A stretch of 55,519 bases of DNA, filler included, from Jimgerdemannia flammicorona (taxonomy: Eukaryota), in assembly GCA_003990765.1 (NCBI GenBank). It is 3 parts of 3 records of this genome, joined end to end, with 100 filler letters (N's around TTAATTAATTAA, not from the genome) between each part and the next. Parts side by side here need not be neighbours in the genome. Positions count along the whole stretch, not along the records: positions 1 to 18,452 come from RBNJ01002209.1; 2 more parts are not named here. One strand, 5' to 3'. Of this stretch, positions 1 to 12,590 are shown piece by piece (position 1 is the stretch's first letter; every line of letters begins with the position of its first letter). A program made the position numbers and the translations under genes. Below the pieces are notes generated by a model, which ran no database searches, was not told the origin of the DNA, and was given only the letters and a program-made list of their open reading frames with translations.

Positions 1-431
1 TCACGCACCATATTGAAGTCACCCCCCAGACAGTCAATCCCAGCCACCCCCAAGACCCCTGCCTCGCACAAGTCCTTGATCCAGCCTATGCGCTCCCCTC
101 TCTCAGCTGGGCAATAGCACGACCCAACCATCAAAGCATTCCAACCAGGCCTCCTCCACACTCCCCATACCAGCCTACTCCCCCAATGTCCATCATCCCT
201 AATGTCCCCCATCCCTTTTCGAACCAGGATGCCCACCTGCCCTGTCCAAATAGCCGCCCCACCCCATTCCCGAGTCCAGTCCAGTAGGTCCACATCCGGC
301 TCATACCGCACATCCTGCAATAGGAAGAGATCTGCCTCCAGACCCTTCAACCAGCTAAAAATGTTTCTCCGCCATTTTGCCCCCCTTAGCCCATTGACGT
401 TCAAAGAAAAGATTCTAGTTGTACTGTTCAT
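1..431 (-). CDS. LINE ORF2 N-terminus, APE-type endonuclease (partial, open to window edge)
   Basis: ATG at 431 reads MNSTTRIFSLNVNGLRG...DLFLLQDV...SCYCP...CLGGDFNMVR, containing the APE motifs SxNVNG, Y-x-P and GDFN. Confidence 0.9.
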   Translation of the reverse strand, partial: MNSTTRIFSLNVNGLRGAKWRRNIFSWLKGLEADLFLLQDVRYEPDVDLLDWTREWGGAAIWTGQVGILVRKGMGDIRDDGHWGSRLVWGVWRRPGWNALMVGSCYCPAERGERIGWIKDLCEAGVLGVAGIDCLGGDFNMVR

Positions 432-461
432 ATTGAATAATGTTGGTAGGGATATCACAAC

Positions 462-2381
462 CTAGAACTCCATGCTCCTCCTGTCCCCCTCCATATCCAG
501 GCGCCGCTCAGCCTCCAACTCGTCCTCCATCACCTCCCGCGCATCCAGTGCCTCCAAGATTTCCTGGCACTCTGCTTCATCAACTACTTCGAATTCGGTC
601 CGATACTCCCTGCACACTACTCCCCACTTCTCCAACCCTTTCTTCGAGTTCCACAGGTAGGCTGCTCGATCATTCGCAATCACTCGAAGTTCCTCCTCTC
701 GCTGATCATCGACTTGATACTCCACCGACTCCAGGAGCACTGCCAGAATCTCATTCCGGACCTTCTGTGGCACCTCCTCACCTCGCAGAATTTCCTCCCA
801 GTGCCTATCACTCATAACCCGGAAGTCCTCACCTCCCAGCTCCTCAGCCGCCACCCCTTCCAGAGTCTTCCACAGCCACTTCTCCTCCTCCACCACTGCC
901 TTGGCACCCTGGGCACTCCCTTCCCCCCCAACCACTGGGTCCACCACGGCGATCCTCCTTCCCGACTCATCCCACTCCTCCTCTAGGACATCAAGAAGCT
1001 CCTCCTCACCTCCGACTCCTCCCGGGACCCCGTACTGTGGCTGCACTTCTACGCTCATCTCAGCATCCTCCACCACGCCGCCCTGCCCTCCTTCCCCACA
1101 GACCTCTTGGGCCACCCTTTGATCCACTCTGGGCTCCCCAGCCCAGTCACTTTCCCTCGATCCAACGCCACTTCCTCCCTTGCCACCTTCCACCACGCCA
1201 CCTCCCAATTTCTCCAGCAGCTCCTTCTGAATACGCCTCCCCTGCATCTTCTCCCAAGTTCCTCGATCCATCCTGATCTTCTTCCCTTCTACAATTTCCA
1301 CTACCGTCTTGGCCTCATACTCCTTCCAAGCCAATCGTCTCCTCTCGACAGCTCCCGTCAGATCCTCGAGAGCCTCCAGCAAATCCTCCTCTTCCTCCAG
1401 CGTCCCTTTCACCCGAGAGACCCTGCACTCAACTGGTCCCCACTTCAGCGTCGCCGGCCAGTCCCTCGCCTTCCCCGTGTTCTCCCGACCAAACAAGCGC
1501 ACTCTGACATCAACGTCGCCAGTCCTAAGTTCCGTACCCTCCCAGACTTTGAACCCGATATCAATGACATCCCCATACTCCTTCACCACCTCCACAATCA
1601 ACTCCCTAGCCCTCTCCCTTGACACCGTAGGAAGATCCAGAACCGTCAACTGCACCACTCTCGGATCCCAGCGCATGCACCTCGCCATAGGAACTACCAC
1701 TCCACCCACTACTACCCCTTTCTCCATAGCCTCCAGCATCGACACCTCTTCTTCAAACCCAACCTCAATTCCTTCCTTCCCCTTCATGAACTTGACCATA
1801 GCTGCCCCCTTCACCTCCTGCGCCACCAGCCCCAGAATCATCCTCGCAGTCACTGCCAAGCCTCGGAAACACAAAGTGACCGCGTATTCTGACCTCGACT
1901 TTTTGAGTAACGGTGCCGACACCATGCCTGTCACTCCATCAGCCAGGTCCCTGGGCCTCGTGCCCGCTTTCTGTCCAGATCCGCCAACCACCATCACATC
2001 TGGATTTTTTTCCAGATTCCCTGTCACAGCCCCATCAGCAGTCATATCTCCAACCCCTACTCCCCCTCCCCCCATACTGCCTGAGGCTCCCATGGGGGAT
2101 CCTCCCTGCCCTCCTTCTGAACCCAGCATCACCTTCCCCAGTCCCAACCAACCATCCAGCCCTGTGGCCATCTTTCCCATCCTGACCTTGTCGGCAAAGG
2201 TCGCCCTCCCCCCACCTCTCTGCCTCAGTCCACCTCTCCCTCCGCCTCCAGTGCCGCCGCCCACCACAGACGGCCCTGGCATCCCCAAGCCATCTTCTCA
2301 TTCCCTCCCAACCTGTTGCCAGGCGAAGGCATGGCTGCCCCCCTGGCCGACCCACCCACCAGTTTGCTCGTTGCTCACCAT
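462..2381 (-). CDS. LINE ORF1 protein (RRM-like nucleic-acid-binding region), with one in-frame TGA at 2298-2300
   Basis: The 608-aa ORF (462-2288) extends in frame to an ATG at 2381 across one stop. It aligns with ORF1 of copies 2 and 3 (e.g. RWDPRVVQLxV, EYGxVxDIxFxVWExTxxRTGD). No CCHC knuckle seen. Confidence 0.85.
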
Positions 2382-2472
2382 GTTGATAGTAGCTTTTCAC
2401 CAAAAACTTCGCAGAAAGTGATGTCCAAATCTTGTGTCACCTGAATGTTACCGGTGAAAGGTGCAAAGGAGG

Positions 2473-5457
2473 CCACAGGTCTCCACCTAGGCCTCACAGA
2501 TACTCCAGACCCTCACCAAGCTTAAAGTCCTCCACCAGGACACCACCTAGTAACAACCTGTCCCACCGCCACATCTGTGGTCCCCAATCCTCCTCGGCTT
2601 CATCATTTCACTACCGAAGTCCAATCTTCTTCATGCTATCCACCACCCCCCACCAGAAGCCTGTAAACCGCATCCTCCTGCTCTCCTCCATAGCCACCAT
2701 CGCGAGCAGATCACCCAAGTCACCATGTGGGGAGTACCAAACCTCCCACAATTACTGCATGAGTGGCACCCACTCCCGACCATGAAGCTTGCTTGCTCTT
2801 CTCAACCACCAAGCTCTAAGGCATAAGAGCCGCTTAGGAAAGTCCACTAAGCCTAGCTCACCTCTTTCCAAGGGCAGTGTGAGCATCTCCCAACCGACCT
2901 GGCTCCACCTCCCTCCCCAGATCCATGACCTCGCCATCTTCAACAGCCCCTTGACCACTCAGGTTGGGAAATCCAAATGATAACCAATGTACCACAGCTT
3001 TGGTATCCAATACACATTCAGCACCATTACCCTTCCAGCTAGAGACATATGCCAGCCTCCCCAGTACAGCAGAACATTTCCCCACTCTAACAATTTACAA
3101 TCCCACCACACCCAGGAAAGAAGAGACCCGAACACTGAGAAGTAGATCTCCAAATATTGCACTGGTTCTCCAGCTGGTACCACTGTCCCAATGACCTCAC
3201 CACCAATAATTCCAGTACCTAGCACTAGAGTCTCACACTTGTGCCAGTTCAGCTTAGCCCCAGAGCCCCTCTCATATCATTCCACAGACCTCTGTAACTC
3301 CCCCATATCTACCAGGGAGCCCAGCTCGACCACCATGTCATCAGCAAAGGCCCCCACCTTCCAATTAACCCCTAGAATGTCCAAACCCCCAATTCAACGC
3401 TGAATTCGGTCCAGTAGAGGCTCTAGAGAAAGGGCATACAATATGGGTGACAAGGGATCCCCTTGGGGCACCTCCCATCCCAGGGGAAAGGTTACCCCCC
3501 TGTGGTCATTAATAACCAGTACCGCCTGACTGTCCTCCAAGAGGCTGATCAGCGATCCTCAGAACCCTGGGGGGATACCAATCCATTTCAGCACTCCCTC
3601 CAGCCATATCCTCCGCACTCTGTCATAAGCCTTCTCCTGGTCCAGAAACACCAACCTGCCATCAACTCCTGCTGCCCAGGTACCTTCAATTACTCCATGA
3701 ACCCAAGCTGTCCCATCTCAAATCAACCAACCACCAACAAACCCACGCTGCTCCACCCCAAGTACCTGCTGAGCAATTCCTTGTAGCCTTATCACCAAGA
3801 TCTTGGTCACCAGTTTGCGGTCCATGTCGAGAAGCATAATAGGCCACCAGTTCTTCCAGTCCTCATGCCTCCCCTTATCCTTGTAGAGCAAGGAGACTAG
3901 CCCTAAGCACTGTCCCCCAATCCAGGCACCAGACCGAAGAACTTCACCACACATAGCAGTCATCTCCTCCAGCGCCTCACCGACTTCAGCCATTTTCTAC
4001 CAAAAATCCCAGGGAAGCCCATTCTCTCCTGGGGCAGTCCCTTTACTCGTCAAGGCCATAACTCTGCAAATTTCCTTGCCATATACTGGGTCCCCTAATG
4101 CCCCAAGTCCCATCACAGGGTTTGGGTGCCAATCCCCCAGCTGCCTCTCAACATCCATAGCGTCCATCCCTCCTTCTTCCTTACTTCACAAATTCTCCCA
4201 CCAGTTCTGCAATAGGCCCAGAATTGCTGGAGACCCCACCACCAGCTTGCCGTTCATGTCCAGAACCCCCTTCCACTGCTGCCTTGTTCGTTGTGCTTGT
4301 AACAACCTCGATAAAAACCTAGTAGGTCTCTCTCCTTCCTCCAGCCCCTGCTACTGCAAGCGGGCCACCATTCCCTGCAGCTTTATCTCCTCCTCCTTTC
4401 GTAACACTCCTTTAAGCTCTTCAACCTCCTGTCGGATTTGCACAATACGCCAATCAGTCACCTCCCTATCCTCCAGCATACCTGCCCATCTCCCCATAAG
4501 TGCTGCCAGATGCCGGGAGGCCCACAGCACCCTCTGCCTTTGCTGAGTACACTTCCCTTTCCCTGCCTCCCTCCAATATCTCTGGGCAGTTGCCTTCAGT
4601 CTTCTCCAATGGTCTCCAATTCCCAAGCCCTGTTCCTGCCACCTACTAATATTCCCAACCACCTCCGTCTCCCAACCCTCCCACAACACCCTATCTTCCA
4701 ACAAAGAGGAATTTAGCTACCAATGTCCAGGCCCATCCTCATTTCCCCCAAACCTCCCCCCTCCAAGCAGCCCACAGTGATCAGACCATGGACACCATAT
4801 CACTTCCAGCACCAACCAGACATCTGCTCTCCAACACTCCACCATCAGAACCCAGTCAATCCTGGAGCCCAGTCCTGCCGCCCAGTGGGTGTATACCTGC
4901 CAATCGGCCCAAAGGTGTCTTCCTGAGTCCACTAAAGAACACAATCTCTCTATTTCCAGCCAGTCCCCCAGCCCACCACTTTCACCCTACACACCTCTCC
5001 CACCATCAGTTCTATCCATCTCCTTATCCCATACCATATTGAAGTCACCCTCCATACAATCCAGGCCAACTTCTCCCAATACACCAGCCTCTTTCAATTG
5101 GCGAATCCAATCCACCCTCTCCCCTCTTTCAGCTGGATAATAACAAGACCCAACCATCAATGAGCCCCATCCAGGCCTCTTCTACAAACCCCACACCACC
5201 CAAGACCCCCAATGTTCAATGTCTACAATGTCCCCCATCCCTTTCCGAATGAGAATACACACTTTCCCCCTCCATACTGCCATGCCCCCCCATTCCTTAG
5301 TCCAATCCTGTAAGTCCACATCTTTCTCATATTGAACATCCTGTAGCAAGAAGAGGTCCACGTCCAGTCCCTTAAGCTAACCAAATATGTACTTCCTCCT
5401 AGCCGCCCCCTGTAACTCATTAATGTTCAATGAGAATATCCTAGTTGTACTGTTCAT
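2473..5457 (-). pseudogene. LINE ORF2 (APE endonuclease + reverse transcriptase), disrupted
   Basis: Motifs in order on the minus strand: FSLNINEL, LLQDV, GDFN, SRIDWVL, WSDH, KNWWPIMLLDMDRKLVTKIL, LDQEKAYD, VPQGDPLSPILY (~3440-3475), GAFADD (~3335-3355), YLEI. Confidence 0.9.
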
Positions 5458-5488
5458 ATTGAAGAAATGTTGAATTGACTACCCCAAC

Positions 5489-7435
5489 CTAGTACTCTAT
5501 GCTCATCTCATCTCCAGCCAGATCCAAGTGCCATTCCGCCTCCAAGTCACCCTCCACATTAGCCTGAGCATCCAGTGCCTCCAAGATTTCCTAGCATTCC
5601 ACCCCATCCACGATCTCTATATCTGACCGGTAGTCTAGGCAGACTGTGCACCACTTCTCCAGTCCCTTCCTCGAATTCTACAAGAAAAGTATCCTGTCGC
5701 TCACAATCTTCTGAAGCTCCTCCTCCTGCTGATCATCCACTTGATATTCAACAGATTCTAAGAGAACGGCTAGGATCTCATTCCTCATCTTCCTCGGCAC
5801 CTCCTCCCCTTGCAGAATCTCCTCCCAATGCCTCTCCTCCATCACCTGGAAGTCCCCACCCCCCAGCTCTTCCGCCGCCACCCCTTCTAGGGTCTTCCAC
5901 ATCCACTTTTCCTCATCCACTGCCTCTGCCGCACCCTGAGCGATATGTCCCCCATCCACCTCTGGGTCCATCAGTATGCTCCTCCTCACTGATTCATCCC
6001 ACTCCTCATCCCACTCCTTATCCAGCACATCCATCAGCTCCTCCTCCCCCTCAGCCCTACCCAGGACACTATACTGAGGGTGCACACCCTCACCCATTTC
6101 AGCATCTACCACCAACACACCTTCCTCCTCTACCCTCTCTCCAATCTGAGCCCCACCCTGGGCCATTTTACCCCCCTCAGCCCAAGTGCTCTCCTGCAAT
6201 CCTGTAACTCCTTCTTCTGAGCTTCCACCAGCCCTACCCCCACCCAGCCTCACCAGCAGCTCCTTCTGTATTTTCCTCCCCTGCATCTTCTCCCAAACCC
6301 CTTTCTCCATCCAGACCTTCTTCCCATCCACCTCCCCTACCACCGTCCTGGCCTCAAACTCCTTCCAGGCCAATCTCCTCCTTGCAACTGCCCCTTCCAG
6401 ATCCTCCAGTGCCTCTAACAGGTCCTCCTCCTCCTCCTGGGTCCCCTTCACCCTCGCGACCTTACACTCCACTGGTCCCTACCTCAGCATCGCTGGCTAG
6501 TCCCTCCACCTTCCCGTATTCTCCTTCCCAAACAGCCTCACCCTGATATCGACATCACCAGTCCTAAGCATGGTGCCCTCCCAGACCTTGAACCCAACAT
6601 CCACGATCTCACCATACTCCTTGATCACCTCCACAACCATCTCCCTTGTCCTCTCCTTCGACACAGTTGGGAGATCCAACACTATCAACTGCACCACCCG
6701 GGGGTCCCAGCGTATGCACCGGGCCATAGGAACCACAACCCCGCCAACCATCACCCCCTTTTCCATGGCTGCTAACAAGGCGTCTTTCTTCTCAAACCCC
6801 ACCTCAACCCCCTCCTTTCCCCTCAAAAACTTCACTGAGGCCGCTCCCTTAGCCTCTTGTGCCACTAACTCCAAAATCATCCTCACCATCACTACCAAGC
6901 CCCGGAAGCACATAGTGACTGCGAATTCTGACCTCGACTTCTTGAGTAATGGGGCCAACACTATGCCCGTCATGCCATCTGCCAGGTCCCCAGGCCTCAT
7001 GCCCCCTCCCAGTCCCGAATTGCCAACCACCATCATATCTGGATTTTTTGCCAGATCTCCAGTCACAGCCCCATTAGCAGTCACAGCCCCATCTTCAGCC
7101 CCTACTCTGGCTCCTACCCTACCACCAGAGGCTCCCCTGGGCACACCTCCCTGTCCTTCAGCAGCAGCCATCGAAGCCTTCCCCAGGCCCAGCCAACCAT
7201 CAAGCCCAGAAGCCATCTTCCCTATTCTGACCATGTCAGCAAAGGTCGACCTCTCCCCTCCTCTCTGCCTCAGACTGCCCCTCCCTCTACCGCTGGTACC
7301 TCTGCTTGCCCTCAAGGCCTCTGGCATCCCCAAACCATCACCCCTCCTCCCCACCTGCTGCCAGCCAAAGGCACTGTCACCCCCCTGGCCAGTATGCTCA
7401 CCAGTTCGATCAGTGCTGTCCATGTTGCTAGTCAT
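5489..7435 (-). pseudogene. LINE ORF1, copy 2
   Basis: ORFs 6497-7435 and 5678-6472 are collinear with copy-1 ORF1 and are broken by TGG->TAG stops. Confidence 0.88.
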
Positions 7436-7513
7436 CTGACACCAAAAATGTTGTAAAAAGTGTTGTCTGAGTCTTGTGTCACCTGAATGGTACTGGTAAA
7501 AGATGTATAAGAA

Positions 7514-10500
7514 ATCTTACCATAAGCTAGTCTTTTGATACAACTTTATAGTAAAGTCAGTTTATCTAATATAACCTTATATAAATAAAGCCAGTCTTTG
7601 ATATAACTTTACCAAGAATCTGCTACCCAAGTTCTCTGAGTTACCTGAGTTATATATCAAATTATCCAATATTTCCAGAAAAGCTCACCAATTCAGAAGA
7701 ATCTATACTATCTGAGTTATTTTTCAGAAACTGGCCAATTTAGGAGAAATCTATATCATTTGCTATTTTCAAGTATCTGAGTTATCCAAATTATCCACTT
7801 AAGTTATTCAAGTTATTCAAGAAGTTTACTAATTTAGGAGAATCTGCACCAAAATCAAGTTACCTGCTAAATCTATATAAGAAATACTACTAAGATCATT
7901 ATACTAAGATTGTCATACCAAGATTGTTATATCAGAAATTGTATACTTTTGGAGATCACTATACTATATAGAGATTATTACACTATATAAGAGATTGTTA
8001 TATAGAAATTATATAAGGAAATCACTCACATTATATAAAGATTGCCACTGTCTATAAAATCACTACTATATCCAAAAACCATTCTAATAAGAAAATTGAC
8101 TATTATATCCAGATTAACTATTATATTACTAAATACTAATAAGAAATCTTAGAACATTTTGTTGCTTTTAATAAAGTAACTAAGAGCTTAAGCCAAACTA
8201 TACCAACTCTCAATCTTGTAATTTACCTCTATTGAGCTGAGCATATTATATTTAGAGACTCAACTGAAAAGATTTCAAATTAACATAACTTTTCAGCTCA
8301 TAAGAACCTATAGTCAAACTGGATATATTTGATACAATATCAATTTCTGCCACTACAAGAGAACCAGTCATCACCAGCATTTGGACAAGAAGAGAAGTAA
8401 TTACTTCTAGACTTGCTAACTATCTAATATTAAAAGGATCTCAATAGGAAGCTAGCATAGTATAGAATCCTCAGTCTGTACTGACAGATTTCTTATCAGA
8501 TCAACCAGATTATACAGATAGCCCTATTACCAACTTTGACTGAATTGCTCAAGAACTAGAAGATCTCATTAGATAAGCCTGATTTTCTGCAGGACACTCA
8601 CTAATTTTACTTATTGAATCTCTACCACTAGTTGTTATAGAACAAGAAGACCAAGGAGTAGTTCTTTCAAGAATACCTAGATCTATTCCATCTTGCCCAA
8701 GATCCATAATACCATCTTCAGAATACTTAAGAATCCTGAACTCCAGTAATAATTTGGAAAGTAAATAAGAATCAGAATCTAAACTAGAGATAGAATCTAA
8801 ACCAGAATTAGAATCAGAAGACAGTGATGATGAAATGGCCACTCTATTGTCAACTTTTGCAGAATACCTAGAAGAAGACCCAAGAGAATTTCTTAATGAA
8901 ATTGAAGAAATCTCAGCCCTGAAGAATCTCTCTCTTAAAAGAAAGATCACTATCTATAAGACTCAACTCAGAGAGCCAGCCAAAGAAATTTTCACCTAAG
9001 TAAAAAATGACCTAAACTCAGACCTTAGAGCAGCCATCAATGCAGCACCCACTTGGCTAGCAGAGTATAAAGCCATGACCCACTGGCTTATTGAAAAGTA
9101 TACAGGAAATAAGATCTGCTATAAACTTAAGAATCTATCATAAGAATGAAGATATATTCTAGAGATTTATCTAGAGCATTCTTTATAAGAATTCAAAAGA
9201 GAATATATACCACCAGGTTCAATGTCACTAACTAAGACATCATAGGTTCAATGACCTTCATGAATGGAATTCCTCTGAATATTGCTCAGCATATCTACAC
9301 TCTAAATATTAGAAGATCTGAAGAATAAGTAGATGCAGCCCAAGAATATTTTAATATTAGATAAGAAACTATCTAGAGTAATCACAATAAGAAAGATGAC
9401 AAAGAAGACATTCTGATCAAGGCTCTATAAGGACTCCTTTAAGAACAGAAGAGATCTGAAGAAAAGAAGTCAGCTAAAGAATAGAAGAAAAATAGGAGTA
9501 AAATTTAAGACCTTAGTTCCAAGTTACACTGATTGATAGAATAGATTAAAAAACTTATCAAATATGAAAATCAGAACTACCAACAAGATAACTAAGGATA
9601 TATACCCCAAAGGAACCAAGGATACCCACTCAGAGATAATAGAAGTTACTAGTAAGATATCTTATCTAAGATAGAACTCAAGTCCAATACTTCTACTATA
9701 GATAATTTAGACACTATGCTACTGAATATGATAATAAAAGAAGTAACTGAAGAGATTCAGAACTATCAAATTAAAGAAATAAAACTCAGTATAAGAAGAC
9801 TAAAGTCTATTCTATTGAAGACTTCAAAGAAGAAAGTAACAATAAAGACTACAGTAATCTGGACTTATACTTAGCCAAAATCATCACCAGGAAAACAGTT
9901 TATCTAGTAGAGAAAAGAAAGAGACCTATAGGAAGACTATCCAGGAATATCAGCAGAAGAATTCAGGAGGAAGATAAAGAACATAAAGAGGAATAAGTAG
10001 AAATATCTCTCTGATTTCTCTTATCTTTTGTTTCTAAAATAAATAAACTATCTCTAGAGGATGAAGAAATAGAGCAAGAAGAGCCTGCTATCCTAAAGTC
10101 TAAGAAGAAGTACACCCTGAAGACTATGTCTTGAGATATCTATAATAAAGTCTGATAGAAGATTTAAGAAGTCAAGATAGAAGTATCTCTTCTATAGTTT
10201 CTACAACTGATACTAACTAGAGTCTAAAACAAACTACTGAGAACCATTAGGTCTAGCACTGGCTGAGTCTCAATCCCATAGCAAGAGCTAGCCCCCACTC
10301 CTATCCAAACTACAGAGAGACATATCAGCACCTACTTATATGGAGATATTAGAGGACAAAAGGTGAAAATTCTCATAAATATATATAGAAGTAGCTATCT
10401 ATATCATTGCTAAATAATTTCTAGATACCCTTTAATGACCCATTGATAGACCATCTAATCTCAGTATTATAGTAGCAGATGGAGTCCAAATTCAACCTCT

Positions 10501-12590
10501 TGGAGAAGTATAAAACATCATTATCTCTCTTGAACATATTCAGTTTTCTATTCCAAAAGTTGTTATCACCAAAGCTATTATCTATAACATAATTCTTGGC
10601 ACTAACTAAATGAAGAAAATGAATGCAATTATTGATATTAGTCAATAAGTACTCAAGTTTGACTATAGAGGTAAGAAGTACAGAGTTAAGGTAACTAGCT
10701 ATGAGTAATCAAAGAAGAAAAAGAAGATCACCATCTAGGAAGAATATGTCAGTAGTGAAGAGTCTATCACAGAAGAGGAAGAAGAATCTGAAGATAGAAA
10801 TAATCCCAGACTTAATCTCCAAATTAACCTAGTAGATGACAGGCCAGAAGATAATATATAGACCAGAAACACTATCCCTATCACTATTGGAGCTATTACA
10901 GAATAGATCAAAGAATGCCCCATCTGTTTCAAAAGACACAAGTGCTCTGAGCACTCCTCTAAGATCATTGAGATAAGGAATTTGCCTGGTACAGCCTGTC
11001 TTGAGTGTAGAAAGAAAAAGAAGAAATACAGACATGTTCCAGAAATACCTACAGCTAAAGCTACAGAAGTACAAGCAATCTGAGGTCAAGAATCATCTGA
11101 AGAAGAAGAGGTCCCCAAACTCATTTCTTGGAATAACCCTCACTGAACACTATTTGAAGACAATGATTCTTGGAATATTGAAGAAGAACTCAGTATAATT
11201 CCCATTATTCCAAAGTGAGAAATATATCCAAAAAGAGCCTTTTAGTTAGGAAGATATCTATATCAAATAGTCTTCTACTCTCCTCAAGACTACTGCTATC
11301 AGTACTACCTACTGGACTAATAAGAAAGACAGAGACCCTGGAGGTCAGAACTTCCAACTATAGTTACATAGTCAACTATCTTCCAGAAAGTCACTACAAG
11401 ATTATAAAGCCAAGCTAGAGGATAAGGCCTTTTTATCTGAACTGAAATATACTCCTTAGTCATTCTTCTCCCAATCTATAATTAAGATAGATACTGATTT
11501 TTAAGACAATAAGAGATCAATAACTGAGAATAGCATTTTTGAGCAATGAGATATTGTAATAATGAAAGACACTCAGACTGCCAGAACTGCAGACATTAGA
11601 TGATTCATCTTAGTTAAGATATTGTAGTCTATATACTAAAGAGAGGAGACAATAGAACTCAGATCCCAAAAAGTCAAACCAAGAAACCAGAAAGAAGGAC
11701 CCTCAAGATATATAATTTGGGAGAAGATATTCTAGCTCTTATTAGATATACAACTTGCCAAGAATGGGTAGAAGATGCTACCAATTTTATAGAAGCCCTA
11801 GACCCTGCATGACTATAGCACTAATTCTTATTTAGCCTAATCTATAGAAGTCATTTATCCTATATACAAATGTCTCCAAAGATGGTCTTGGAGCAGTTCT
11901 AGCCTAAGAAAGACCTGACCAATAGTACCATATAATAGCTTATATAAGCTGAGCAATCAATCAGCAGCAAACTAACTATAGTAGTACCAAACTAGAATGT
12001 CTTACAGTCATATGAGCAGTTATCCTATTCAAGTATTACTTTATCAGAAAAAAATTCCCTCTTATAACTAATTATACAGCCCTCAAATAGTTATTTAACT
12101 ATAAGAAATCTATCAGAATCCTGGCCTGCTGGATCCTTATCCTTCAGGATTACAAAATTACTATTATTTATAAAGCAGAGAAAGCTCACAATAATGTTGA
12201 TATACTTTCCCACCAACCCTAATGAACTAGAAGAAGAATATACCAAAGAACTATACTCTAAAAGAAGCTTCTCTAACTATCAAGATATAAGAAGATCTCA
12301 TTTAAAAAGAATACCAGAAAGCCCATCAAGAATAGATAAATATAGAAGAAAACTGTAGACAATAGACCAATATTGACTCAATCTCAGAATATAAGTCTGA
12401 GACATACTTAAGAAATATGATATCTGTCAGAAGTACTAAGGAAGAAAGAATTATCAAGCACTACTACAATTAATCATACTACTAGATAATATCTTCTAAA
12501 GATAGAGAGTAGATGTAATTAGATCTCTATCAGCTATACTAAGAAGAAACAAGTATATTCTTATATTTGTAGAATATCTAACCAAGTGAT
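7514..12590 (+). mobile_element. Highly decayed Ty3/Gypsy-like LTR element (gag, protease, RNase H, partial integrase; no recognisable RT)
   Basis: Gag-like EEDPREFLNEIEEI (~8870). Protease-like YGDIRGQKVKILI (~10340). RNase H FILYTNVSKDGLGAVL and NYSSTKLECL (~11850-12000). KAHNNVDILS (~12185). Integrase DICQK and YILIFVEYLTK (12420-12590). The AT-rich repeat region 7514-8330 may be its LTR. Confidence 0.7.

Larger units (their letters stand above)
1..2472 (-). mobile_element. L1/Tx1-like non-LTR retrotransposon, copy 1 (youngest; 5' UTR, ORF1 and start of ORF2; runs off the window edge)
   Basis: Short 5' UTR, ORF1 and an APE endonuclease ORF2. Homologous to copies at 2473-7513 and 26660-29711. 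Its 5' end abuts the truncated ORF2 of copy 2. Retains many CpGs. Confidence 0.9.
2473..7513 (-). mobile_element. L1/Tx1-like LINE, copy 2 (decayed; 3' part displaced by copy 1)
   Basis: Has the same 5' UTR motif as copy 1 (cattcaggtgacacaaga). ORF1 and ORF2 carry stops and frameshifts. Confidence 0.9.

Noticed and set aside
1309..2421. Long + strand ORFs (also 6570-7439)
   Set aside because: Antisense shadows of purine-rich LINE ORF1; low-complexity Pro/Ser/Thr translations.
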